Source: Flavobacteriales bacterium (GTDB lineage: Bacteria; Bacteroidota; Bacteroidia; UBA10329). Taken from it: 64,000 nucleotides of DNA. Below are positions 27,615 through 36,457 of this stretch, piece by piece; within the stretch, counting starts at the first letter, position 1, and the number at the start of each line of letters is the position of its first letter. Below the pieces are notes generated by a model. It saw only the letters and a list, made by a program, of their open reading frames with translations, had not been told where the DNA came from and searched no databases. The translations under genes and the position numbers were made by a program. The stretch lies in assembly GCA_044356305.1 (NCBI GenBank), contig JBIKWM010000008.1, positions 33,947 to 97,946 of the forward strand, written 5' to 3'.

Positions 27615-29582
27615 ATGGACATTTCCATAGTGATTGTCAATTACAATGTGCGCCATTTCCTGGAGCAGTGCCTGCTTTCGGTAAGTGAGGCAGTAAAGGG
27701 GCTGGAGGCCGAGGTGTTTGTGGTCGACAATTGTTCTACCGATGGCTCTGTGGCCATGGTGCGCGACCGGTTCGCCTGGGTCATCTTAATGGCCAACGGG
27801 GAGAATGTGGGTTTTTCGCGGGCCAATAATCAGGCCATGCAGGTGGCCAAGGGCCGGTATGTGGTGCTGCTGAACCCCGATACCATTGTGGAGGCCGATA
27901 CATTCCGCTCGTGCATCGCATTCATGGACAGCCATACCGATGCCGGAGGCATGGGTGTGCGCATGGTTGATGGCAGCGGTTGTTTCCTGCCCGAGAGCAA
28001 ACGCAGCCTCCCTACCCCGGAGGTGGCATTCTACAAGATATTCGGCCTAAGTGCGCTGTTCCCGCGTTCGGCCCGGTTCGGCAGGTACCATCTCACCTTC
28101 CTGAAGGAGGATGAGACACACAAGGTAGAAGTACTTAGCGGAGCTTTCATGCTCATGCGCAAGGAGGTGCTAGATGGCATTGGGCTGCTCGATGAGCAGT
28201 TTTTCATGTATGGCGAGGATATCGACCTGTCATACCGCATCACTCAGGCCGGATACGCGAATTACTACTATCCCGAAGCCCGTATCGTCCATTATAAAGG
28301 GGAGAGCACCAAGAAGGGCAGTCTTAACTATGTGTACGTTTTCTATAACGCCATGGCCATTTTTGCCCGTAAGCACTTCTCGCGCGGACGGGCACGGCTG
28401 TTCTCAGTACTGATCAACTTCGCCATTGTGTTCAGGGCTGCGCTGGCAGTGGCCAACCGATTTGCCGGACAGGCGGCAGTGCCCATGCTCGATCTGCTCA
28501 GTGTCTTTATCGGACTTGTTGCGGCCGCTGTGGTGTGGGAAAGCCGTGTCAAGGCAAGCGAAGGGGTGCATTATCCCAACGAATACTATGCATACGTGCT
28601 GCCAGCATATGCCCTGGTGTGGGTGCTTGCCATGTTCATAGCCGGTGGATATGACCGGCCGCTGCGGGCCAGTCGACTGTGGCGCGGTGCATTGGGCGGT
28701 TCGGTCGCTTTGCTGGTCATATATGCCCTGATGGGCGAGGATGTCCGTTTCAGCCGGGCCGTGGTGCTATTAGGGGCTGCATGGGCCATTGCCTATTTTC
28801 CTCTGAGCAGGTGGGTGTTGAATCGTGCCGGATTTGAAGGATTTGACCTTAAACCTGGCCGAGGCAGGCGCTTCATCATCATTGCCGATCCCGAAGAACT
28901 TCCCCGCATCGACCGTCTGCTTCGGGCCGCTGTGCCCAACCCCGACTTTGTGGGTCATCTGTGCACAGGCCGGCCCCAACGCGCCATGCGTGGCATCAAC
29001 ATATTGGGCGATGTGAAGGACTGGATACAATTGGCCCAGCGGCACCAGGTGGCCGAAGTGGTTTTTTGTGGCCGCAGCCTCTCATCGGCCCAGATAATTG
29101 ATCTGATGGAAGGGGGTAGGGGCTGCGGGTTGGAATTCCGCATTGCACCTCGCGATGCCATGTTCATCATCGGCACCAACACGGTCGATACGGCCGATAA
29201 TGTGCGTGTGGCCGGTGCTGACAACATAGCATCGGCATCGGAATGGCGCATGAAAAGGCTGTTCGATGTTGCCTTTTCCATCGTTTCTATTCTGTTGTTT
29301 CCGGTGCTCGCGTTTGTGGTCAATCGGCCCTTTGGTATGGTCTCTAACGCCCTGTCGGTATTGGCCGGGTGGCGCTCATGGGTGGGTTATTCAAGTAATA
29401 GTGGTAGCCCTACAGGTCTGCCCGATCTGCCCGAAGCGGTGGTGCACCCGTTGGTCGGTTCGGTGGCCATCGGTCTGCCAGAGGATTTCGTGGGCCGTTG
29501 TGACCTACGGTATGCCGAAGGATTCAGTTTGCGCAGCGAGCTTGATGCACTGGTGCGGGGGTTGGCCCATTTGGGCGACTGA
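27615..29582 (+). CDS. family-2 glycosyltransferase with multi-pass membrane region and C-terminal segment resembling the N-terminus of polyprenyl glycosylphosphotransferases
   Basis: ISIVIVNYN...VVDNCSTDGS (GT2 DxD region). C-terminal MKRLFDVAFSIVSILLFPVLAFVV is like Bac_transf N-terminal helices. Confidence 0.75.
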   Translation: MDISIVIVNYNVRHFLEQCLLSVSEAVKGLEAEVFVVDNCSTDGSVAMVRDRFAWVILMANGENVGFSRANNQAMQVAKGRYVVLLNPDTIVEADTFRSCIAFMDSHTDAGGMGVRMVDGSGCFLPESKRSLPTPEVAFYKIFGLSALFPRSARFGRYHLTFLKEDETHKVEVLSGAFMLMRKEVLDGIGLLDEQFFMYGEDIDLSYRITQAGYANYYYPEARIVHYKGESTKKGSLNYVYVFYNAMAIFARKHFSRGRARLFSVLINFAIVFRAALAVANRFAGQAAVPMLDLLSVFIGLVAAAVVWESRVKASEGVHYPNEYYAYVLPAYALVWVLAMFIAGGYDRPLRASRLWRGALGGSVALLVIYALMGEDVRFSRAVVLLGAAWAIAYFPLSRWVLNRAGFEGFDLKPGRGRRFIIIADPEELPRIDRLLRAAVPNPDFVGHLCTGRPQRAMRGINILGDVKDWIQLAQRHQVAEVVFCGRSLSSAQIIDLMEGGRGCGLEFRIAPRDAMFIIGTNTVDTADNVRVAGADNIASASEWRMKRLFDVAFSIVSILLFPVLAFVVNRPFGMVSNALSVLAGWRSWVGYSSNSGSPTGLPDLPEAVVHPLVGSVAIGLPEDFVGRCDLRYAEGFSLRSELDALVRGLAHLGD

Positions 29583-29650
29583 CCCCACACGCGGTGGCAT
29601 ATCTTTGCCGCCCCTCAATTCAGAAAAGGGAATCCTACACAGGCGTTGAT

Positions 29651-30991
29651 ATGGCTCGTACCGAGGTGCTGATGCCCAAGATGGGCGAGAGTGTGGCTGA
29701 GGCCACCGTGATCAAATGGCTCAAGAATGTGGGCGATTCCGTTGCCCTCGATGAACCGATAATGGAGATTGCGACCGATAAGGTCGATTCAGAGATCCCA
29801 TCGCCTGTGGCTGGTATTTTGGCCGAGCAGTGCTGTAAAGAGAACGATGTGGTGCAGGTGGGCAGGCCCGTTGCTGTTCTGACCACTGATGCGGCTGAGG
29901 CCGCCCCTTCAGCTCCTGCTACACCTATTTCAGTTGCTGCGGTCACCACACCAACGGCTTCTGCGGCACCTGTTGTCTCTGCCGGTGGCACCGAGGTGGG
30001 TCGCACCGGGCCATCAGGTCGCTTCTACTCTCCGTTGGTGCGCAACATTGCCAAAGAAGAAGGCATAAGCCTCGAAGAGCTTGAGCTTGTGCCGGGTACT
30101 GGGCAGGACGGCCGTGTCACCAAACATGATATGCTGAGCTATATGGTCAACCGGGGCGCTGTGGCGCCTGTTGCGGCCCCTATAGCTGCTGCTTCGGCCC
30201 CTGTGGTCGCTGCTCCTATTGCGACTGCTCCTGTATCTGCCGCACCGGCCGTTGTCTACAAGGCGAACATCACGCTGATGGATGGCGATGAGGTGGTGGA
30301 GATGGACCGCATGCGGAAGATGATAGCAGAGCACATGACCATGTCGAAGCACACATCGGCCCACGTGACCAGTTTTGTAGAGGCCGATGTGACCAACATT
30401 GTGCTATGGCGCGACCGTAATAAGGCGGCATTTGAGAAGCGCGAGGGCGAGAAACTCACCTTTACGCCCATCTTCATCGAGGCCGTGGCGCGTGCCATCA
30501 AGGAATTCCCTGGGGTGAATGTCTCAGTTGATGGCGACCGGATAATCAGGCGCAAACAGATCAACATCGGCATGGCTGCTGCGCTGCCAACAGGCAACCT
30601 GATTGTTCCCGTGATCCGCAATGCTGACCAGAAAAACCTCATTGGCCTTTCCAAGGAGGTGAATGACCTTGCCGGCCGGGCGCGTGCAGGCAAGCTGAAA
30701 CCAGAGGAGATCCAAGGTGGAACATACACCCTTTCGAATGTGGGCACCTTCGGCAATGTGATGGGCACACCGGTCATCAATCAGCCCCAAGTGGCTATTC
30801 TGGCTGTCGGTGCCATCCGAAAGAAACCGGCTGTGATTGAGACACCTCAGGGCGATCTGATCGGCATCCGGCACATGATGTTCCTCTCGCACAGTTATGA
30901 CCATCGTGTGGTCGATGGTTCGTTGGGTGGGATGTTCGTGCGGAGGGTGGCCGACCTTCTCGAATCATGGGATCCGGAACGAACCATCTGA
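29651..30991 (+). CDS. 2-oxoacid dehydrogenase complex E2 (dihydrolipoamide acyltransferase)
   Basis: Lipoyl domain IMEIATDKVDSEIPSPVAG. E3-binding PSGRFYSPLVRNIAKEEGI. Catalytic SHSYDHRVVDG. ATG at 29651. Confidence 0.85.
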   Translation: MARTEVLMPKMGESVAEATVIKWLKNVGDSVALDEPIMEIATDKVDSEIPSPVAGILAEQCCKENDVVQVGRPVAVLTTDAAEAAPSAPATPISVAAVTTPTASAAPVVSAGGTEVGRTGPSGRFYSPLVRNIAKEEGISLEELELVPGTGQDGRVTKHDMLSYMVNRGAVAPVAAPIAAASAPVVAAPIATAPVSAAPAVVYKANITLMDGDEVVEMDRMRKMIAEHMTMSKHTSAHVTSFVEADVTNIVLWRDRNKAAFEKREGEKLTFTPIFIEAVARAIKEFPGVNVSVDGDRIIRRKQINIGMAAALPTGNLIVPVIRNADQKNLIGLSKEVNDLAGRARAGKLKPEEIQGGTYTLSNVGTFGNVMGTPVINQPQVAILAVGAIRKKPAVIETPQGDLIGIRHMMFLSHSYDHRVVDGSLGGMFVRRVADLLESWDPERTI

Positions 30992-31072
30992 TGTGCATTT
31001 CGCATCAAAACATCCCTTCACATTTTCAGGGTTAATGTCATACTTTGGCCCCGATTCACCCACAGGTCGGCA

Positions 31073-32701
31073 ATGACGCTACGAACCGGATCAGCGATCA
31101 TACTCCTCACTCTAGCGGCTATCGGTGCTCAGGCACAGGGCAACGCTGCATCTGAGGTGCTGGTACGCAAGTTCTACCCCACTGCTAACGAGCAGCTCAA
31201 GAACGGGCGCTACCCTGCTGCCGCTCAGAATTTTGCTCAGATGGTCGAATCGGACCCGAAGAATGCCAACCTGAACTATAAGGCCGGTATGAGTTATCTG
31301 GGCCTTCCAGGACAGAAAGATAAATCTGTTCCATATCTGGAATTTGCGGTCACCGACATCAACGAGAAGTACAAGGACTCGCCCAATGAGCGCAAGGCCC
31401 CGGTAGATGCCATTTACCAATTGGCCCGCGCTTATCACATCACATTCCAGTTCGATAAGGCCATTGAGCACTACCGTAAGTTTGCCAATGTGGCCAAAGT
31501 GACCGATCAGGCCCAGTTGGATGAGCTGAACCGTCAGCTCGAGATGTGTGAGAACGGCAAACTGATTGCCGAGACGCCCGTGAGCGCCACCATCAGAAAC
31601 CTCGGGATCAAGCTCAACACTAAGTTTGATGAGTATGCACCTGTGGTGGATGTGACCGAGAGCGTTATGATCTTCACTTCGCGTAGGCCCACAGGCACAG
31701 GCGGTTTTCAGGACCCGGACGGGGAGTATTACGAGGACATTTTCATCTCTGTGAAAGAAGATACGCTATGGGGCCTGCCCAAAAGCATCGGAGGCAAAGT
31801 GAACACTGACGGGCACGAGGCCAGCATAGGCCTGAGCCCTGATGGACAGGAGCTTTTCATATACAGGGATGATTATGGCGATGGGAATATCTACGCCAGT
31901 CAACTCATCAGTGGCGAGTGGCGGGTGCCCGTGCGCCTCGGAGAGGCTGTTAACAGCACCTACCGCGAGACTCACGCGTCCGTTTCGGCCGATGGTCAGA
32001 CCCTTTATTTCACCAGCGACCGCCCGGGCGGGCAGGGTGGCATGGACATTTGGCGGGCGCGCAGATTGCCCACGGGTGATTGGGCCAGAGCAGAGAATCT
32101 CGGGCCACGTGTGAATACCAGATTTGATGAGGAGGCCCCGTTCATCCACCCGGATGGAAAGACGCTCTTCTTTAGTTCGAAGGGACATACGAGCATGGGT
32201 GGATTCGACCTGATGTTCACCATTTCGGATGATGGTGGTGCTTGGTCGAGCCCAATGAACATGGGCGTGCCCCTCAATTCGGCCGATGACGACTACTTCT
32301 TTGTCATGTCTCCCGATGGTAAGCGCGCCTATTATTCCTCGAGCATGAAAGGTGGGCAAGGAGGCAAGGACCTCTACATGATTTACCTCGAACGCGAAGA
32401 GACTCCGCTCACTGTTTACAAAGGTGTTTTCAGTCCTGATGCAAGCGGGAATCTGCCACAGAACGCCTCGATATCTGTGACCGATAACAACACAGGAGAG
32501 CTGTATGGAACCTATCGGCCACGTGCCGATAACGGGCGCTTCATACTGGTGCTGAATCCGGGTAAGGACTACATGATCACATACGAGGCCGATGGATTTG
32601 CTTCGCGGTCGGAGAAGCTGTTCGTGCCTGAGAACACGGCCTATTTCGAGATAAACAGGGCCATTCAGATGAATCCGATCACCCTCGAGGGCGGGCGTTG
32701 A
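31073..32701 (+). CDS. secreted TPR + TolB-like PD40 beta-propeller protein (cluster paralogue 1, no OmpA domain)
   Basis: Signal peptide. TPR-like N-terminus. PD40 repeats (DGQELFIY, DGQTLYFTSDRPGGQGGMDIW, DGKTLFFSS). C-terminal beta-sandwich. Confidence 0.8.
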   Translation: MTLRTGSAIILLTLAAIGAQAQGNAASEVLVRKFYPTANEQLKNGRYPAAAQNFAQMVESDPKNANLNYKAGMSYLGLPGQKDKSVPYLEFAVTDINEKYKDSPNERKAPVDAIYQLARAYHITFQFDKAIEHYRKFANVAKVTDQAQLDELNRQLEMCENGKLIAETPVSATIRNLGIKLNTKFDEYAPVVDVTESVMIFTSRRPTGTGGFQDPDGEYYEDIFISVKEDTLWGLPKSIGGKVNTDGHEASIGLSPDGQELFIYRDDYGDGNIYASQLISGEWRVPVRLGEAVNSTYRETHASVSADGQTLYFTSDRPGGQGGMDIWRARRLPTGDWARAENLGPRVNTRFDEEAPFIHPDGKTLFFSSKGHTSMGGFDLMFTISDDGGAWSSPMNMGVPLNSADDDYFFVMSPDGKRAYYSSSMKGGQGGKDLYMIYLEREETPLTVYKGVFSPDASGNLPQNASISVTDNNTGELYGTYRPRADNGRFILVLNPGKDYMITYEADGFASRSEKLFVPENTAYFEINRAIQMNPITLEGGR

Positions 32702-32796
32702 TAACTGGGGGAAATTACCTTACCCCGTATCCTTAAAATAATATCTTTGGCGCGCTCCTAAAAAGGGGCCTCATCTTTTTTTCACCTGCGCGACCT

Positions 32797-35700
32797 ATGG
32801 AATTGACCTTGGGCAAGAATCTGAACGGCATGCGCTGCATACTTAGCCTTTCTTGCCTGATTATCGGCTTGCCTCTCTGGGTGTCTGGTCAGCCCTTCGG
32901 TTCCGGAGAGTTCAAGACCAAGTTCATGAAGGCCGATGCCATGATCTATGACGGCCGGCATGAACAGGCGTTGCCATTGGTGATGGATCTGATAGCCACC
33001 GATTCTTCCAATGCCAATCTGAGTTTCATGCTCGGATCCTGTTATCTGTTCACGAAGCAGTATTCAAAGGCACTTTATTATCTCGACAAGGCGGTGCGCG
33101 ATGTCTCCATCTCGCATCAGGAAGCCAACCCAAAGGAGCGGAAGGCGCCAGGCATGGCGTATTTCTACCTAGGCAAGGCGCACCATTTCATCAACGAGTT
33201 CGATCAGGCCATATCAAATCTGTACAATTACCGTTCGTTCATCGATATGAACGATTACGCTGCATACACTGAGGTAAAGCGTCATATTGAGTATTCTGAG
33301 AACGCTAAGGAATTGGTGGAGAATCCGGTCAAGACCGATATCAAGAATATTGGCCCGACACTTAATACCAACTATCCGGAGTTCTCGCCAGTCATTTCGG
33401 CCGATGGGCAGACCCTCATATTCACTTCTAGGCGCGAAGGGAGTACAGGTGGTAAGCTCGACCAGAACGGGAAGTTCTATGAGGACATCTATGTGAGCAA
33501 AAGAGAGGGCGAAGATTGGAGCAAGCCTCAGAGCATTGGTCGCAATATCAATACTGATGGTCATGAGGCGAGTATAGGACTTTCTCCAGATGGACAGACC
33601 CTTTTCATCTACAAGGACGACAATGGCGATGGCAACATCTATGAGAGTTCGCTGATCAATAACGAATGGTCAACCCCTCGTAAAGTGGGAGGAGATGTGA
33701 ATACAAAATCGTGGGAGACACACGCCACCATTTCGGCCCGTGGCGATATGATTGTTTTTACATCGAATCGCGATGGCGGACAGGGTAAGCGCGACATATG
33801 GTTCTGCAAGTTGTTGCCCAATGGTCAATGGGGAGTGGCCCAAAATATGGGGCCGCTGATCAACACCCTTTATGACGAAGATGCACCTTCGCTATCGGCC
33901 GATGGAAACACATTGGTCTTCAGCTCGCAAGGGCACAATTCGATGGGCGGATTTGATATTTTCCGTACAGAGTTCGTTGATGGTGCATGGACAGCCCCTG
34001 AGAATCTTGGCTACCCGATAAATACTGCCGAGGACGACATCTTTATGGTCACAACCCCTGATGGGCGGTATGCTTACTACAGCTCCCAGCGCGAAGGAGG
34101 GGCAGGTGAGACAGATCTGTATCGGGTGAAACTCGATGTAAAGCGTCCTTCACTGCTAACAGTTTTCCGTGGCCTTGTCATAGTGCCAAACATGGATTTT
34201 GCTGGCACCAAGGTGGTTATGGATGTGCAGGATCAGGCATCGGGCCTCAGCATGGGGCAATTCAGGCCGAACGCCACTACAGGAGCCTATGTGTTGATTC
34301 TTGAACCGGGCATGAGCTACCGGGTGACCTACAGTGCGAGTGGGTATGGACCTGTGCAGAAGACAATCATGTCTGATGACATGAGTGCCTATGAGGAGAT
34401 AATGAAGGCGGTCGATCTGGAGCCAGTGGTATTTGGAGGCGAGCTTGAGGCACAGCTGAAAATGAAGCAGGATCTGGAACGCGAAAGGGCCGCGAACGAG
34501 CGCCTTTTGGCAGAGGAGAATGCGCGTCTGCAGGCTGCGTTTGAGGCAGCACAGGCCCAGGCAAAGGCGAAAGAGGAGGAAGAAGCGCGCATCAAGGCCG
34601 ATGAGCAGGCAAGCGCTGAGGCTCTTGCCGCTGAGGAGGCCAGAAAGGCTGAGGAGGCCCTGAGAGCCACAGAGGCCAAGCAGCAGCAAGAGCAGGCGGC
34701 AGAAACAGAGCAGCCCCAGCAGACCGAACCCCAGCCTGAGATTCAGCCTGAGCCGATAGCCGAACAACCTGTTGCGGTGGCGCCTCAAGAGAATGATGCC
34801 TTAGCCAAGAAGCGTGCGGCTATTGAGGAGATGCGCAAGCGGATGGCTCAGCAGGCAGAGGACAATGCCCATAACGAGCCTACGGAGGTAACTACCAAGG
34901 AGATTACGCCTACAGAGCAGCCAGAGCCTCAAAAGTCAGAGCCTGTTGCTGCGGAGGAGCCAGTTGTCGTGCAAGAAGCTGCAGCGGAGCCTGAGAAACA
35001 GCCTGAGAAACAGCCTGAGTCGGCAGTAGTGAGCGAGCCGGTTGAACAACCAGAGCCAGAATCTACGCAGGTTTCTCAACAGGAGGAGGCACGGGTTACG
35101 GAGCCGGTTATGGAACAGCAGCCAGAAGAAGTGGCTGTGGCCGAACCTGTGCAGAACCAGAAGTCTGATGCAGAGCGTCAGTTGGAGGAGAAGCGAATCA
35201 AGCTTCAGAGGCAGATTGACGATCTGAGGCAGAAACAACTGGGCAAGTCGCAGGAGCTCCAGAACGCAGCCGATGAGGCCGCACGACTCAAAGCGGAATC
35301 GGATGCCAAGGCACGTGAAGTGGAGGAGGCTAAGGCAAAGGCTGCAGAGGCCGAGCGTCAAAGGCTAGCCATTGAAGCAGAGACCAAGAAAGAGGCAGAG
35401 GCTATAGCCAAGGCTGAACGTGAAGCTCAGGAAATAGTCAAGTTGGAGCAGAAAGCGCATGCCGAAGCAGAGGCTAAACGTCTAGCAGACGAGAAGGCAC
35501 GGGAAGAAGCCGAGGCCAGGAAGATTGCCGAAGAGGAAGCCCGCATCAAGGCTGAAATGGAGGCTCAGCGCAAGGCTGAAGAAGCTGCACGTAAGAAGGC
35601 TGAGGCTGAGGAGAAGGCCCGGATTGAACGCGAGCGGATGGAGCAGGTGCTTGCTGAGCAGAGAATCAAGAAAGAGGAGGAGGAGAAGAGGAAGGCTGTT

Positions 35701-36438
35701 CTTGCTGAAGAGCGCAAGAAAGCCGAGGCCGAACGTCAGGAGACCATCAGAATTGAAAAGGAGCAGGCTCGGATAAAGGCGGAGGCAGCAAAAGCAGAGG
35801 CCGAGGCGGAGGCAATTGCGAGGCGGAATTCAGCGATAGAGGCAGGCACCATAGCTGAACTCAGGAAGATCAATCAGAAGTTGATCGATGAGAATCGGGA
35901 TATCAAGAAGCAACTGGCTGACATCAACGCGAAGTTGGATATGATCATCAATATACTCTCAGCAGGCAAAGGGGATGAGACATTCAGTGAGGCGGACCTC
36001 ACCGAGCTCAGCAAAAAAGGGAAGTTGGTACTCAATAATATCTTCTTCGATTACAATCAGGCCAGTTTGCGCCCCGAATCAAAAAAGGAACTCAATAAGC
36101 TTGTCTCGTTCTTGAAAGGCAATCCGGATGTGGCCATTGTGATAGGTGGGCACACGGATTCGCGTGGTAACGATGAATACAACATGAACCTGTCCCAGGA
36201 GCGTTCTGAATCAGTGAGCTCTTATTTGGTGAGTAGCGGAATTGATGCAAGTAGGCTCTCTGCCCGTGGATATGGCGAATCGAAACCGATAGCAAGGAAC
36301 GAGAATGTTGATGGGACGGATAATCCAAAAGGTCGCCAGCTGAACAGGCGCATTGAAATAAGTATAGTGGGTGCCGGCATGGATGATGTGGAGGTGAAGA
36401 AGATCAAAGTCCCTTCAGAACTTAAAGTAGTTGATTGA
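32797..36438 (+). CDS. TPR + PD40 propeller + ~550-aa E/A/K/Q/P-rich spacer + C-terminal OmpA peptidoglycan-binding domain (paralogue 2)
   Basis: Same N-terminal module as 31073. OmpA-C signature ...GGHTDSRGNDEYNMNLSQERSESV...NRRIEI. Confidence 0.85.
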   Translation: MELTLGKNLNGMRCILSLSCLIIGLPLWVSGQPFGSGEFKTKFMKADAMIYDGRHEQALPLVMDLIATDSSNANLSFMLGSCYLFTKQYSKALYYLDKAVRDVSISHQEANPKERKAPGMAYFYLGKAHHFINEFDQAISNLYNYRSFIDMNDYAAYTEVKRHIEYSENAKELVENPVKTDIKNIGPTLNTNYPEFSPVISADGQTLIFTSRREGSTGGKLDQNGKFYEDIYVSKREGEDWSKPQSIGRNINTDGHEASIGLSPDGQTLFIYKDDNGDGNIYESSLINNEWSTPRKVGGDVNTKSWETHATISARGDMIVFTSNRDGGQGKRDIWFCKLLPNGQWGVAQNMGPLINTLYDEDAPSLSADGNTLVFSSQGHNSMGGFDIFRTEFVDGAWTAPENLGYPINTAEDDIFMVTTPDGRYAYYSSQREGGAGETDLYRVKLDVKRPSLLTVFRGLVIVPNMDFAGTKVVMDVQDQASGLSMGQFRPNATTGAYVLILEPGMSYRVTYSASGYGPVQKTIMSDDMSAYEEIMKAVDLEPVVFGGELEAQLKMKQDLERERAANERLLAEENARLQAAFEAAQAQAKAKEEEEARIKADEQASAEALAAEEARKAEEALRATEAKQQQEQAAETEQPQQTEPQPEIQPEPIAEQPVAVAPQENDALAKKRAAIEEMRKRMAQQAEDNAHNEPTEVTTKEITPTEQPEPQKSEPVAAEEPVVVQEAAAEPEKQPEKQPESAVVSEPVEQPEPESTQVSQQEEARVTEPVMEQQPEEVAVAEPVQNQKSDAERQLEEKRIKLQRQIDDLRQKQLGKSQELQNAADEAARLKAESDAKAREVEEAKAKAAEAERQRLAIEAETKKEAEAIAKAEREAQEIVKLEQKAHAEAEAKRLADEKAREEAEARKIAEEEARIKAEMEAQRKAEEAARKKAEAEEKARIERERMEQVLAEQRIKKEEEEKRKAVLAEERKKAEAERQETIRIEKEQARIKAEAAKAEAEAEAIARRNSAIEAGTIAELRKINQKLIDENRDIKKQLADINAKLDMIINILSAGKGDETFSEADLTELSKKGKLVLNNIFFDYNQASLRPESKKELNKLVSFLKGNPDVAIVIGGHTDSRGNDEYNMNLSQERSESVSSYLVSSGIDASRLSARGYGESKPIARNENVDGTDNPKGRQLNRRIEISIVGAGMDDVEVKKIKVPSELKVVD

Positions 36439-36457
36439 TAGGTCTTAAAGGGTCACA

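Noticed and set aside
34156-35361. Minus-strand ORFs (210 aa, 141 aa) inside the coiled-coil spacer of gene 32797..36438
   Set aside because: L/R/C-rich antisense of an E/A/K-rich low-complexity coding region.
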